Origin: Eledone cirrhosa
Taxonomy: Eukaryota
NCBI GenBank assembly: GCA_964016885.1
Contig: OZ024743.1
Location: forward strand, 100,750,001-100,814,000
Direction: 5' to 3'
DNA: 64,000 nucleotides
The stretch's first letter is position 1. Each line of letters starts with the position of its first letter. The position numbers and the translations under genes are program-made. The notes under the pieces are model-generated. The model saw nothing but the letters and a program-made list of their open reading frames with translations. It was not told the origin of the DNA and made no database searches. This document shows, piece by piece, positions 1 to 14,413 of this stretch.

Positions 1-34
1 TAAACACACACATACATATAGATATATATGTATA

Positions 35-85
<51 letters not shown>

Positions 86-348
86 TATAGATATATATAC
101 ATATACATATATATGTATGTATATATATATTATATATATATATATATAAACGAATATAAATTATCGAGAATCGCATTTCGGCCCACGAAATAACGAAAAA
201 CAACCTCTGAGATGTGTGGCAAGTGCTCAATGATTCAGATGAACCAGAGCTATAACAAACGTTAAGGGCCAAACACACTGAGACGATGGTTAAACAATCA
301 TCCGCACAACCCCCTAAAAAACGATCAAGTAATTCGAGTCAAACAAAT

Positions 349-415
<67 letters not shown>

Positions 416-417
416 GC

Positions 418-470
<53 letters not shown>

Positions 471-1189
471 CACACATTACATCAATGTATGTAAAAGGAA
501 AACTATATTTTTGACAGGTGACTGAAACGAACTTGCCCCGACATATTTGATTTCGTCATTTAATCTAACACAGCAATGTATTAATGTTGTAACTCCTCAT
601 GTTATTGTAGGAGGCACTGTCATGACACTCGGCATGAGTTAGGCATAATAAACCAGTTCTTAATACAACCGATTCTTTCCAGAGGAGACTGAGAAAGAGA
701 TATAGAAGAATCACCCAATACACGACTGGTGTTTTTTTTATCGACCGCACAAGGATGAAAGGCAAGGTTGAGTGCAGAGAGCCGGACTAAATACTGCAAA
801 GCATTATAACCGGTGTTCTAACGACTCCACCAACTCGCCGCCTCACACAACGATTTTTATTCTCTAAAAAATTATGACTATTCGACGCAATCAGCAGACA
901 TTGTTGAAGAAGCCTAATGCAACACCCCCGTTGAGATTGAAATAAGTGCCAACTTTTGACTAAAATAGTATTTTTAAAACATTTTTATCGACATTCGGTA
1001 AGTCTAGCACGAAATGAAGTGGGCAATGTGTAACGAATCACATTAAAAAGGTAAAACTACTTTCATGGCGTTCCAACGGTACAAATTCGCACGGATATAT
1101 TTCATTTTGTGGTTTATTTAACAGCGTGGAGGACAGTTTCTTATTGCCCTGGCGTCTCTGTAAGAATACCCTAGTATTTGAGTTCAGAT

Positions 1190-2300
1190 ATATGGCGCTA
1201 AGTCGAAACCATTCAATGTGGGTGTCGGATTCTGCCAAGGGTGCGTACTCTCACTTCTCCTGTTTATAATCTCCATGGAGAGGATTGACATTCACAACCG
1301 GTTTAGAAGTGTAGGGATTGTGGGCATAGGATCAGTAGCAGACCTGTCCACTCTCCCCGTCCGACGGAGAGATCTCCCACCCACTTTGGTGTGGGTGAGA
1401 GATGTCTTCTCTTGTGAAAATGGGTATAGCCTTCATTATGTAAAATCTACCCATTTTGCCTAATTTCTCCCTGTTTTTAGAGGTTGGCAAGTCTGCAGTC
1501 GGCTGAAATTTGCAGATGCCATTGTACTACTTAACTCGTCAGAAGGTGATTCTCGCTATGCACTTGATAGGTTTGATGCTGAGTGATGCACGGCAAGAAT
1601 GAAAATCAATGCTGCGAAGACTGAGACATTCTTCCTTTTAAGGAAGCCAGCATAGAGCACTGTACATGTCAGTGGAGTTCCACTGAAGTTGATAGTGAAG
1701 TTCAAGTATCTGGGGGCCGTGTTCACAAGTGATGGAATGCAGGAGGTTGAATTAAGGTCAAGAATTGCAGGAGTTGGTGCAGTAATGTGCCAGTTTTAGC
1801 ATTAGGTGAACAGAAGAAGGGAGGTAGGTGTAAAAGACAAATTTGCTATCTTCAATTCGGGATTCGTGGCAACCTTTTCCTAGGATCATGAATTTTGGGT
1901 AATAACCAAAAGAATTCGACCATGAATACAAGTAGCCGAAATAGAGTCCCTTCGAAGGATGTTTGGAGGAACGTTACTCGATAGAGTACGTAACTCGGAG
2001 ACCAAAGATTCGCTCCAGGTAGAGCCACTAGTTCTCTGAATTGAGAGGTCACAGCTCCGATATTACGGACATGCTGTTAGAATGTCACAGGAAAGAATCG
2101 CTGGACAGATTTTACGGGCAAAAACCAACCGACAGGAGACCCCGAGCAAGATGGTTGGGTAACATCCATGAACTTGGCTAGTCTCGCTTGGGAATCCAGC
2201 CGGATAAATTGGAGATGGATGCTTCTGACAGGATCCATTAGAAGGCGTACTTGAGGACTCTGTCTCCACGACCATTTCAGGAATAAGTGGGTGAATGGGG
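1190..2300 (+). mobile_element. Decayed RTE-clade LINE, RT domain to 3' end, interrupted by a MITE
   Basis: Translated pieces KPFNVGVGFCQGCVLSLLLF, LKFADA (FADD motif), MKINAAKTE, FKYLG and QLRYYGHAVRM, with stops and frameshifts. Boundaries approximate. Confidence 0.85.
1339..1495. mobile_element. MITE with CAGACCTG(C/T)CAAC-type TIRs, copy 1, nested in the RTE
   Basis: Ends cagacctgtcca...gttggcaagtctg; flanks cagtag/cagtcg; homologous to 42468-42663 and 59420-59612. Confidence 0.8.
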
Positions 2301-2320
2301 ATTCCTTCACTATATATGAA

Positions 2321-2389
2321 GCCCCAACCGGATGGCTGGAACAGGTAAAAGTGTAGCTGTTGAAACGGCAAGAGCTCAGCCGTCGGGGT
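2321..2389 (+). mobile_element. Degenerate copy of hammerhead family A (core lost)
   Basis: cccc...gatggct...agctgtt-GAAA-cggc-aagagctca-gccg-TC-ggggt; the C3-A9 core is replaced by aaccg. Confidence 0.55.
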
Positions 2390-3331
2390 CCCGACTCTTT
2401 ATAATATATATATTCTTTTACTGGTTTCGGTCATTAGATTGCGACCAAGCTGGAGCACTGCCTCCATTTAGTCGATCATATCAACCCCAGTTGTAATGTC
2501 TGTATAAAAATGAGGTGATCACGACTAGAATTATTTGGGTCATACGTGTGTTGGACCAGGTCTTTCTTGCGGCTGATTTAACAACAATTACGAGCTAATG
2601 GGGAAGTTTTTAAGTGGAAACTCGATTCGTAAGAGACAGAACTCATATCTTCGTTAGCCTGGGTTGATAGGATCCTAATTAGTATAATTATGAGAGTGGG
2701 CTTCTTTTAAGTATAAAATTATGCTAGAAAAAGTTGCCCAAGTCACTTCCCTATCATCTTAAAAAAGAAGACAGTATAAAATGGATGTTATCTACAATAA
2801 AGTTGAAAATATGAAAGATTATTGTAATTGATTTTAATGAATGTAAAATGAAATTACTAATTTAAATTGTGAATCGAACTATTTGACCACACAGCCACAT
2901 CTGCAGCTTCGATTATATAATGATTTCTACTATAGGCCAGCAATTTGGGGGGAGGGGACATCAATTAAATCGAATCCAGGGTATTATTTTATCGACCCCG
3001 TAAGGATGAAAGGCAAAGCTAATCTCGGCGGGGTTTCAACTCAGAACGTAAAGGGCCATAACTCTATACCACGAAGCATGTTGTCCGACACTCTACCGAT
3101 ATTGCCAATCCACCACCACATAATCATAATTGTTTCTAATTTAAGCACAAGAGCTGGAAAGAATACCGCAAGGTATTTTCCTTGACACTCCAATAATAAT
3201 AATTTTTCAAGGTCCCAAGACGTTAGGGATAATACAAGGACTAGCAAGGAAAGAAGACAGTAGATTGAAGATTACGAAGGTCAAGGAAAATTGTGTGAAG
3301 TGTGTATGGGGGGGGGGGGGATGACGGTTTC

Positions 3332-3418
3332 ACATAGAATGTTCTAAACAAAGAATTATTAAATTGAATATTTTTAGACTACACTCCCCCGTCACTTTTG
3401 ACGGGTACTATGATAATA
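3332..3418 (+). mobile_element. Probable Helitron 3' end remnant (related copy 27681-27758)
   Basis: Shared acatagaatg...cccgtca-tttt-tgacgggtactatg(a/c)taata: a hairpin followed by a CTAG-like end. Confidence 0.45.
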
Positions 3419-3885
3419 CACATATATATAATAGAGAGAGGAAGGGAGATAGCTATATTGACACATACACATACATCATGTACACACGTGTTCTTTGAGA
3501 TATCTCCATTTCCATCCGAAACGCTATTGGCTTCTGTGAACCAACGGCGCGGAACACTTTCAACGGTTATAACATACAAGGCCACCAACCGAAACTTCTC
3601 CTACTATTCTTCCCTGTTATCTCCCACCTATCTACGCCCCCCACCACCTATCTCCACCCCCACCTCCACCGCCGCCACCATTTTATATCCTTCAAGTCAC
3701 CGATATACATCTGTTTTCTTTCATCGTTGTCGTTTACTTTTCTTTAGTTTCCTTTCAGTCTATTATTTCGTCCATTGCTTCAATATTTAGATGTTACAAT
3801 TTATAGTTTGTTTTGTTTTTTATTATTATAATTATCATCATTATTAATTTGTTGTACTCTTGGATATATATTTACCAATCCTCCA

Positions 3886-4280
<395 letters not shown>

Positions 4281-5212
4281 TCTATATATATAAAACTGAG
4301 GTTGTCTGTCTGTCTGTCTGTCTACTAAAACGGTCGGCACACATCTCCTCCTAAACCGTACGTTCAAATTTCGGTGAAATTGCTCTACTTATAGATGAAG
4401 GTCCGACGGAGACATCGGTCAAAAAAAAAATTTTCAAATCGACCCACGCCAAGTGCAAAAATCGAATTTGTAATGTATTGATTTTTCAGTTCAAATGTAT
4501 AAATAGAGATGAGAGACGAGTTATTTCCCTTTTTTTGGCGTCATTTGTTTATCTATTAACGTTACGAACAAACTACGCGTGCAAAGGTACAAAATATATA
4601 CGAACAGTTTTCGGGCCAGTAAAATCCATGAGTTCAAAGTTTCAACATTAAGCTTCCATTTTGCTTCATTTCCATTAAAAAGTCTTTTAAAACAATATTT
4701 TTACTTGAAAACAAGCCTATTCGAATACACCGTAAAACAAGCAAATATTTTGTAAAAAAAAAAAAGCATTGATCTATATATATAATCTCGAATAAAGAGA
4801 TTTTCATTTAGAAGCAATGATTTTAAACGACAGACAGATAACGCATTTTTTTTTCTTTTTTTTTTTCTGACGTCCATCCAATTTGTTTGTTTCAAAATAA
4901 CTGATAGTTTGTTTACGCTGATGTTTTTCTCTGAGACAAGTGTTGCAGTGTTTACATTTTCGATTTTTGTTAATAGATTACCAGTGCAGTTTTTATCCCC
5001 AGCATCCTCTTTTGTTTTAACATACGGCTTATGGTTATGTTGTTTTCTTAACTTCATAAGGCATACTGTTGGTTGAGGGAATATTAATCAAAAGTACCAC
5101 ATGAAAGTCTACACTGTAGACTCTACAGTTTTTAAGCCAAGAAAGGAACTTAACATTGTAACTTCAACACAGCTACTGAGCAGCCCTGAGCAACGCCGGG
5201 CTTTACTGCTAG
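4281..5212 (+). mobile_element. Non-autonomous Helitron
   Basis: Starts A|TCtatatatataaaactgaggtt(gtct)n; ends with GC-rich hairpin gccctgagcaacgccgggc (5183-5201) then CTAG|T; inserted in an AT dinucleotide with no TSD. Confidence 0.8.
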
Positions 5213-5561
5213 TATGTAATATAAATGTTAATTTTTTAAAAATTTATGCATGACAAACTTGAATACGTTTACTTGAAATTAAATGGAAAAACAGTGTTAA
5301 CCAAGACAACCAACGTTCACTATCAAATTCTGTTTATGTAAATACCTAATTGGACAAGCTACACTTGAGTGAGGGATAGCTAGGAATACACAACAACAAC
5401 AACAACACATTCATACAACTTTGACATGGCCGAACGTATTAGCTGGCATGGAGAGAGGATAATCTAACAGGAACAATAGGATGATGTGAGAGAAGAGAAT
5501 AATCTCCCCTTATTTCAGAACATATAGTGGTCATGGCTAGAGGCACATACAAGCTTATATG

Positions 5562-5728
5562 CAGGACTTCCAAGAGAGACTTTGCAAGGTGGTACAAGAC
5601 CCCTTTGGGGCTGGAAACAAGCAATGATTTTTCTCAAAATGGATGTTGATGGTTACTGTGGGGTCTTCTTAGCTCTTGAGCCCCAGAACAAAGTACTAAC
5701 TGGAACCCCCCCCCTCTCATAGGCCCTG
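5562..5728. mobile_element. hAT-like MITE (related inverted copy about 38698-38857)
   Basis: cagg...ggccctg termini; internal sequence matches the reverse complement of 38698-38857. Confidence 0.6.
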
Positions 5729-6000
5729 CTTATATGTCAATAGTGAAATAACTCATATCGTGTAAACTGAGGATTTAGATTCCGACAGTTTTGTTTGATC
5801 TGTCTCTAATAATTCCTGTCTGTGCCTGTCTTATGTCATTAGTAGTTCACACAAATTCAGGCAACACCATTATATATATATATATGTGTGTGTGCGCGCG
5901 CGCGCGCTCGGCTGTTTATATAATATATTTCTGGTTGAGAAAGAGTTTATTTCGTGTGATCTGCAGGTCAATAAGTATTTTACACTTCGATCGTTGTGTT

Positions 6001-6035
<35 letters not shown>

Positions 6036-7224
6036 CTTTTCCATTTTCCACATCTATTTCTCCCTCTCATGAATCTTTTTCACAGCCACACAGACAACTA
6101 GAAATATCGTATTAGATAATTGTATGTTAGTAAACAGGATTTTCCCATCACATCTAAAAGGATCAACTTTACAATCAACCAAACTCAATAAAAAGGTTAG
6201 GTTTTTAAAATGGTTGGATGATTTTCAATGGTCTCACATTCAATGACCTCCAGTCGCTTTCGTCAAGCACCAGAATGTGGTTGTGGTTTGAAGTTAATCA
6301 GCAGGGACTTTGGCATATGCCAGCAATGTTAGATGAACTGGTAGATGCCGGGTGTGGGCATTATGAGAGTTGCTGCAAAACTTAGAAACGTTTCTAAACG
6401 TTAACACTGGAACTCCGTATGTCTCGAGGTTCCTGGGCAAGGAAAACCTGCAGTTACACGTCTCCTTCCTCCACGCCGCTGGAATTGTCGAAGAGAAAGG
6501 AAATGACTGACGCAACTAGGTCTCTGGCTTTAATAATCAATGAGTTAATATTTTAGTTTGTATCCTTTAATTTCCAAATATATTTAGATAGTCATGTCGT
6601 GTTTTCTAGCTGCCAGTGACGGGAAACTTCATCTTCGAATGAAGGAATAAATAATTGTTTCTACTTTAGGCACAAGGCCAGCAATCACCCAGTGCATTAC
6701 TGGTACTTTATTTTATCGACCCCGTAAGGATGAAAGGCAAAGTCAACCTCGGCGGGATTTGAACTCAGAATGAAGGAATAAATAATATTATATTTATTGA
6801 TGACGTTTTGCTCTAATTTCTAAATTCAAACGTGTATTAAATATGTATCTGTTCTTCGGAACTGGTCTCGTGCTACATCTACTCAGCCAGCCCCCAAACA
6901 CCCATCTCTCCTTGATGTAGGCCCTGCCCTGAACCAATATAACCTCTCCTCCCTGTCCAGAAAGTCGACTCTCTTGGAATTACTTCCATGTCTTTCTTAC
7001 AGGAGTCGACTTGCAACATTTTTAGCAGAATATCAATGGTATCAATATTTCGGCTCTGCGTGGGGGATGGGGGTGAATAAAGAATGTGGCACCACCCTTC
7101 CGGGTAACAAAATGGACGACACAATGAAACTCCACAGAACGTGGAGCTAAATTTTGATTGGATGGAGACAGAGAAAATTGTCAGTCATCAGTTTATTAGG
7201 CTTGTTGTAAACATATGTTAAAGA

Positions 7225-8012
7225 AAGGGTGGGTGGGGCGGTGGTGAGGTAGGATGGGTAGGGTGGTTTTGAGGTATCGTGGGTAGGGTGGTGGTGAGGT
7301 AGGATGGGTAGGGTGGTGGTGAGGCAGGATGGGTAGGGTGGTGGTGGTGAGGTATCATGGGTAGGGTGGTGGTGAGGTAGGATGGGTAGGGTGGTGGTGA
7401 GGCAGGATGGGTAGGGTGGTGGTGGTGAGGTATCATGGGTAGGGTGGTGGTGAGGTAGGATGGGTAGGGTGGTGGTGAGGTATCATGGGTAGGGTGGTGG
7501 TGAGGTATCGTAGGTAGGGTGGTGGTGAGGTAGGATGGGTAGGGTGGTGGTGAGGCATGGGTAGGGTGGTGGTGAGGTAGGATGGGTAGGGTGGTGGTGA
7601 GGTATCATGGGTAGGGTGGTGGTGAGGTATCGTGGGTAGGGTGGTTGTGAGGTATCGTGGGTAGGGTGGTGGTGAGGCATGGGTAGGGTGGTGGTGAGGT
7701 AGGATGGGTAGGGCGGTGGTAAAGCATCATGGGTAGTGTGGTGGTGAGGTATCGTGGGTAGGGTGGTGGTGAGGTATCGTGGGTAGGGTGGTTGTGAGGT
7801 ATCGTGGGTAGGGTGGTGGTGAGGCATGGGTAGGGTGGTGGTGAGGTAGGATGGGTAGGGTGGTGGTGAGGTATCATGGGTAGGGCGGTGGTAAAGCATC
7901 ATGGGTAGTGTGGTGGTGAGGTATCGTGGGTGGGGTGGTGGTGAGGAAGGATGGGTAGGGTGGTGGTGGTGAGGTAGGATGGGTAGGGTGATGGTGATGA
8001 GGAAGGATGGGT
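7225..8012. repeat. G-rich minisatellite, about 25-bp unit GGTGGTGGTGAGGTA(GGA/TCA/TCG)TGGGTAG
   Basis: Tandem units read directly. Confidence 0.95.
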
Positions 8013-8114
8013 AGAAACGTGTAAGAAAAGAATGTGAACAAAAATGAAAAGATCTATGGACATTGTTGGAATATTGGAATATACACTGTAAAGGGAAATA
8101 TATACATTGAACAG

Positions 8115-8810
8115 CAATAACACTCAGATAACAAACATATATAATAACACATATATATATATAATAACACTCAGATAACACACATATATAATAACACATA
8201 TATATAATAACACTCAGATAACACACATATATAATAACACATATATATAATAACACACATATATAATAACACATATATATAATAACACACATATATAATA
8301 ACACACATATATAATAACACACATATATAATAACACACATATATAATAACACATATATATAATAACACATATATATAATAACACACATATATAATAACAC
8401 ACATATATAATAACACACATATATAATAACACATATATATAATAACACTCAGATAACACACATATATAATAACACATATATATAATAACACACATATATA
8501 ATAACACACATATATAATAACACACATATATAATAACACACATATATAATAACACACATATATAATAACACACATATATAATAACACACATATATAATAA
8601 CACATATATATAATAACACACATATATAATAACACACATATATAATAACACACATATATAATAACACACATATATAATAACACATATATATAATAACACA
8701 TATATATAATAACACATATATATAATAACACTCAGATAACACATATATATAATAACACTCAGATAACACACTTATATATAATAACACACATATATAATAA
8801 CACATATAAT
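8115..8810. repeat. 16-bp AT-rich minisatellite ATATAATAACACACAT with variants
   Basis: Tandem units read directly. Confidence 0.95.
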
Positions 8811-8820
8811 GAACATATAT

Positions 8821-9010
8821 AATTGTTTCTATTTTTGGCACAAGGCCAGCTATTACCCCAGTGTATTACTGGTACTTTATTTTATCGACCCCGTAAGGAT
8901 GAAAGGCCAAGTTAACCTCGGCGGGATTTGAACTCAGAATGGCAAGGGCCGTAACTCAATGCGTCAAGGCATGGCGTCCGACCCTCTACCGATACTGCCA
9001 ATCCACCACC
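8821..9010 (-). mobile_element. tRNA-derived SINE with Deu/Nin-like core, the dominant family in this window
   Basis: Sense: ggtggatTGGCAGTATCGG (A box)...GAGTTCAAATCC (B box)...gcctttcatccttacggggtcgataaaataaagtacca...gaaacaatt. Other copies at about 2925-3115, 6653-6770, 12233-12443, 15040-15252, 16576-16662, 29075-29270, 38953-39094, 48681-48793 and 52335-52530. Confidence 0.9.
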
Positions 9011-9293
9011 AATGAACATATATAATGAACATCGATTCGAAGAGAAAATACTTTCTTATTAAATTATACATTGTAAAACAAAAAATAAAAATATAAAATG
9101 TTTTACTGTGTCAATCCTAATAATTGCACACTTACAGGTAATTGACCAAGTATTTAGTGTACCACACTAAAGTCTGGGCGACAACGTTGGACTTACTCTA
9201 CATAACTTTAAAGACGCGTATTTATCAGTACAGACATTCTTTTTCTAACTCTGATACACGAATCGCAACTACTTTATCTAAGTTTATTTGGCT

Positions 9294-9361
<68 letters not shown>

Positions 9362-10492
9362 AAATTCACGTATAATGTTACTTGGCCTATCTTGGATTAT
9401 ACACCACCATATTGTCTAGGTTCCATTGCCATTTGTGTTTAACTGAAACGATGCTTATCTGGTGCCAAGATTCTTATGACTCAAATTTCAGATCGGTACT
9501 TTAAACATCACGTGAGCATGTCCATAAATATATTCTGTCCGATTTACACTACATTAATATCCGTTTTGTTTTGACTTAATTTGACATTGTTACTAAAAGG
9601 CTATGCCTTCATTTTCATTTTCATTCATCTCATTTTAATGGAGGATTCTCGCAGTATTAGATATTTCCTCCTTATCACCCTTACTACGTAAAATAGGTTT
9701 TATTTATTTCTATATTTTCTGTACCATTTTATATATCTATGTATTGGTTCCGTTCTTCTATTAATTATAATCGAAAATTGGAAATGAGAAACTGGGCTTG
9801 GAAATTGTGAAGTTTTAAGCCAATAATAGATATAACTATATATTTTTTGTATTGAGTACCCCTTACCTCCTTACAAATATTGAGTACCCCTTACCTCCTC
9901 ACAAGTCTATATCAACACATGCGTATGTGCTGTTATTTCTTCCAGACATATACGCATGCCTAGATATAGCACCCCCCTCACCACAGCAACTCACACATGT
10001 ATGTAATAAAAAGGTCACTATGCGATATAATTCTCATATTCTACTTTCGGGAGAGCGTTTCTGCATCTAATAAAGAGGTCCTAATGCGCGTGCGCGACCC
10101 CTCTCTTTATGTCTCTCTCACAGACACACACACACACACACACACACACTCTCTCTCTTATTATATATATATATATATAAACTGCATTTGTATGCCAAGA
10201 CATATACATACATATGTTTATAAGTATAAACTGTTTGTATGTATATGTTTGTACATAGGGCGTACATAATAATTAAATTCTAAAACACGTATACATTATA
10301 TATATATATATATATATGAAAGTAGATGTATGTTGATGCATAGAAAGAGAAACGTACGCCGCTTGACGGTTGGAGCGAAGACGGGAATTCTTTGTCAGCG
10401 TTTCGGGGTGAGATAGATTAAAAGAAATTAACAGCTAAACGTGATAACTTTGAACCGCTTGGGCTTGCCTGCCAACCGTAACATATGGTTAT

Positions 10493-10572
<80 letters not shown>

Positions 10573-10939
10573 TGGGGGTTTGAAGCTGTTGTTGTTATGG
10601 TGGTGGTCGCTGTTCCTGGTGTTCTAGTTAATGCTCGGATTGAAATAGATATTTCTATGTGAACAGGTATGACGATATTTCTCGCGTCCTACTTTAAAGG
10701 AAGCTGCTGAGAAGTAGGCTCATGTTATTATATAAACAGTGAGTGTATTACACACACACATGGACATATAAAGTGTGTGTTTATGAATGTATGCATACAC
10801 ATACACAAGAAACACATAATACATGTATACAAACATAAATTATGTGCGCGCGCGTGTGTTGGCCTAATCGACTAAATTCAACATTGAGCAGTGTTTTACA
10901 ATTCTTAGGAATATTACGAACACAAACAACTCGCTCGTG

Positions 10940-11440
10940 GCGTGGCCTGTGTTTTGGCTGCAGGATGTCTTTCCTAACACCAACCACATTTACAGTGTGG
11001 AGCTGGGTGGTCACACTTATCAGGCAAGTCTGGCCAGTTGGCCGCGCCGTACCTTATATGGGACCTTGTCTTGGCTAGATTTTTACGGCTGCCAAGTGTC
11101 CTTCCTAGCAGCAACCATATTTACAGTGAGGAACTGCGTGTTCCCATTATGTGGCGGGTCTTGCAAGTTGGCCCTGCCAGAATTTTCTCATAAGGAACCG
11201 CGTTTTGGCTGGGTTTTGGGTTTTTTTTTTTACAGCTGTCGGATGCCCTTCCTAACACCAACCACATTTACAGTGTGTGCTGGGTGGTGCCACATATGAG
11301 GTTGGTCTGGCCAGCTGGCCGTGCCGTACCTAGCTCATACTGGACCACTTTCGGTTGCTTGATGTCCTTCCTAAACACCAACCACGTTTACAGTCCCGTT
11401 ATGAAGGTCTGGCCAGTTGGCCGCGTCGTATCCTGCTCAT
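10940..11440. repeat. Four degenerate tandem units of a SINE/LINE-tail-like sequence
   Basis: Recurring ggatg(t/c)c(t/c)ttcctaacaccaaccac(a/g)tttacagt...ggccagttggccg at about 10960, 11095, 11240 and 11360. Confidence 0.65.
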
Positions 11441-11442
11441 AG

Positions 11443-11572
<130 letters not shown>

Positions 11573-11712
11573 CTAGATAGATGGATATATTGGCCTAACT
11601 CGGATGAATCTCCCCCAATAAAGGGATTCACCTATTGAAAGACTAACATCATGAAACGTGAGAATTTTATGAAAATGTATAACTAATTTACCATGTATCA
11701 ATGTGTGTATGA

Positions 11713-11775
<63 letters not shown>

Positions 11776-12750
11776 TGATTGATAAGCATTTCAGAAAGCA
11801 ATTATAATGCGGTAGAAATATATAAAGGACAAAGGATGACAAACCAAAGAAAGTAATGTCTTAGCCAGAATACTTCAACATATTTCAGGGTCATCACAGA
11901 AAGAAACAAAACAACGTTCGTTTTTGTTTTACATTTGAAATGTATTGAAATATCCTGGCTAAAGAAAACATTACTTTGTTTTGCTTAATTTGTCATCATT
12001 TGCCTTTTATATATTTCTACCGCATTGTATCGGCTTTCAATCATTTATTACACATCTTACAATGTTTCATATTAACTATATCTTACAAATTTGAATGTTT
12101 GTTTTTCTTCTATACTTTATGGTACTCTTTGAGCCAAGGTTCACCAAAGTGGTCGATGAGATTTCTCAGTGAGTCAGTTGAATATTTGAGTTCAAATATT
12201 TGTATAAAGAAATAAAAACATAAAATAATGAATTCTACTTTAGGCACAAGGCCAGCAATTTTGGGGGAGAGGAAACTCGATTAAATCGATACCAGTATGT
12301 TACTGGTAATATATTTATCGATCCTGTAAGGATGAAAGGCAAAGCTAACCTCTGTGGGATTTGAACTCAGACCGTAAAGGACCGTAACTCTATGCTGCAA
12401 AGCATGGTGTCCGACGCTGTACTGATACTGCCAATCCGCCGCCTTTAAGCACATAAAATAATACAATAAAATACAACTTATACAGGTTTCTGATTTATAT
12501 ATAATTAGTGTTTATCGTCTATTTTATATTCTCTTTACTGATTTATTTATTTGCATGGTTTAAATTGATGAGGGGTTAAGTATTCCATGAAAAAGTCGGA
12601 CTAAAACGTTTATGGAATTCTGCTCTAGAAAAGTTTGTAGTTATTATACGTAAAGAAAAATTATCTTTATTCGTCTTCGTTTTTCTCTTTCTTTTTATAT
12701 ATACCACTTACAAACATATGAAACATGGTTTGAATTAAAAAAATACTTAC

Positions 12751-13249
12751 CAATACAAATCGTATCTTGAGTGTCGGTACAAGGTTGTACCATGACTTGG
12801 TCCCTGGCGCATGTACGACATTTTACACAACCGATAGTTCCACTGATCAAGTGAGAATACGTACTGTTGGGACATCGTTGGCACCAACTGTTTTCTGTTG
12901 GGCTGCACGGTTGCACGGCACCCCAGCCTACTGGACATAGTGTACATAACATACAACCTCGCAGTTCTGTAGAATAAAAGAAACCGGTGGAACATTCACA
13001 CTGTGTGTCATGAGTTGTGTTGCAAACTTTTTTTATATAAGTGTGATCGGGACACGTTGAACAGGGTTTGCATTCTTCTGTTGAACTAGCCTGTGTTGAA
13101 AATGTCTTCCCAGCTTGGCATGGTGCACAGACCGTGTCTTGGTTTCGAGTACAGTTACCGACGACACCTGAACCGGGTTCACAGAGTTGGCAACAGGAAG
13201 AACCATTCAAGTTACTCTGATTACTTGGACAGATTCCAGCTGTGATGTC
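12751..13249 (-). CDS. Internal coding exon of a TNF-receptor-superfamily gene, p75NTR/NGFR (TNFRSF16)-like, four cysteine-rich domains
   Basis: Peptide DITAGICPS...CCQLCEPG...DTVCAPC...CKPCSTC...DTQCEC...CTLCPVGWG...WCQRCPNSTYS...CVKCRTC...DTICI has the four-CRD Cys spacing of NGFR. Minus-strand acceptor ttttgctttcttcccgattgcAG (AG at 13251-13250, phase 0) and donor G|GTAAGT (GT at 12750-12749, phase 1); 499 nt. No TM or death-domain exon was found in the window. Confidence 0.92.
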
Positions 13250-13613
13250 CTGCAATCGGGAAGAAAGCAAAATCTATGAATAATTTTAAACATAATATTT
13301 AAAAAAAAAAAATTGCAAAACATTTGGTTAGAAGTTTATTGGTCTTCCGTCAGATTACGACGAAGAGTGCTGCGATCGTGTGATGTGTGTTGAACCTCCG
13401 TGTTTATGTCTATGTGAGTGTGCCAATGTGTGTCTATGTGCCCGTGCATTTTCGTGAGCCTTTATCTATTTGTATGTGGGCGTGTCAATGTGGGCGTGTC
13501 TGTGTGCTTAAAATTGTCAGGTGACATTAACACACCCAGTTTAATTGGGCTAAACAACAACAACAACAACTGTTAGTAGATGGGAGTGTGATATGGATGT
13601 TGTGTTGATATGT

Positions 13614-13815
13614 GTTGGATCTTCGTCGGTTCCGACGACGAGTGTTACGGTTGTTCGGACAACAGATCAGCCTGCTCGTGAAATTAACGTGCAAGTGGCT
13701 GAACATTCTACAGACACAAGTACATTTAATGTAATTCTCAGGGAGATTTAGCGCGACAAGTCTGGCCCTTTGAATTACAGGTAAAATTTATTTTTTCCAG
13801 CTGAGTGGACTGGAA
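13614..13815 (-). mobile_element. Second SINE family fragment (copies about 57060-57290, 59695-59800, 61130-61260)
   Basis: Shared cagcctgctcgtgaaattaacgtgcaagtggctga...ctttgaattacaggta. Confidence 0.7.
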
Positions 13816-14171
13816 AAACAAAAACAAAAAAATACTTTAATAGGTTTAATGCATTTGATAAATAAAAGAGATAGAGAGAAAAATAAAAACAAAACCAACA
13901 AAAAACAAAATCATTTGATAATGTTATTTTTCAATTAACGCACTTTCCTCACACCATTCTGCCCGTGTACCTCGCTGTAGATGTATCCCATCTCTTAATC
14001 ATTTTATCTAACATCAAAGATCCCTTGCTTTCATCTTTGATCACATTACGGCATGTACATTAAAAACTACAACAGCAACAACAACAACAACAACAACAGT
14101 TCATCAAATTGAAACTTCATTAAACAACCTTCGTCGCTAATTAAAAAGAGCAACAGCAACAAGAACAGAAA

Positions 14172-14202
<31 letters not shown>

Positions 14203-14413
14203 CTCGTCATCACCAAAACATACGATAAAACAGATATCAAAGGTAATTAGTTCTACTTTCGAAATTGAATTTGTGGTAAGTCAGATGCAGGTTTAACAGT
14301 TTTTTGAAAATGTTAATTTCATATCAGAATCTATTGAGGTTCGCTGTATATTTCGTCTATTTCCTACATTGGTACCGCCATATTGTTTCTATCTCATCTG
14401 ATTTGCAAACATT

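Noticed and set aside
565-700. Downstream TNFR exon after a polypyrimidine/AG at about 690 (minus strand)
   Set aside because: The phase-1 frame stops within 10 codons; no TM or death-domain-like peptide in the other frames.
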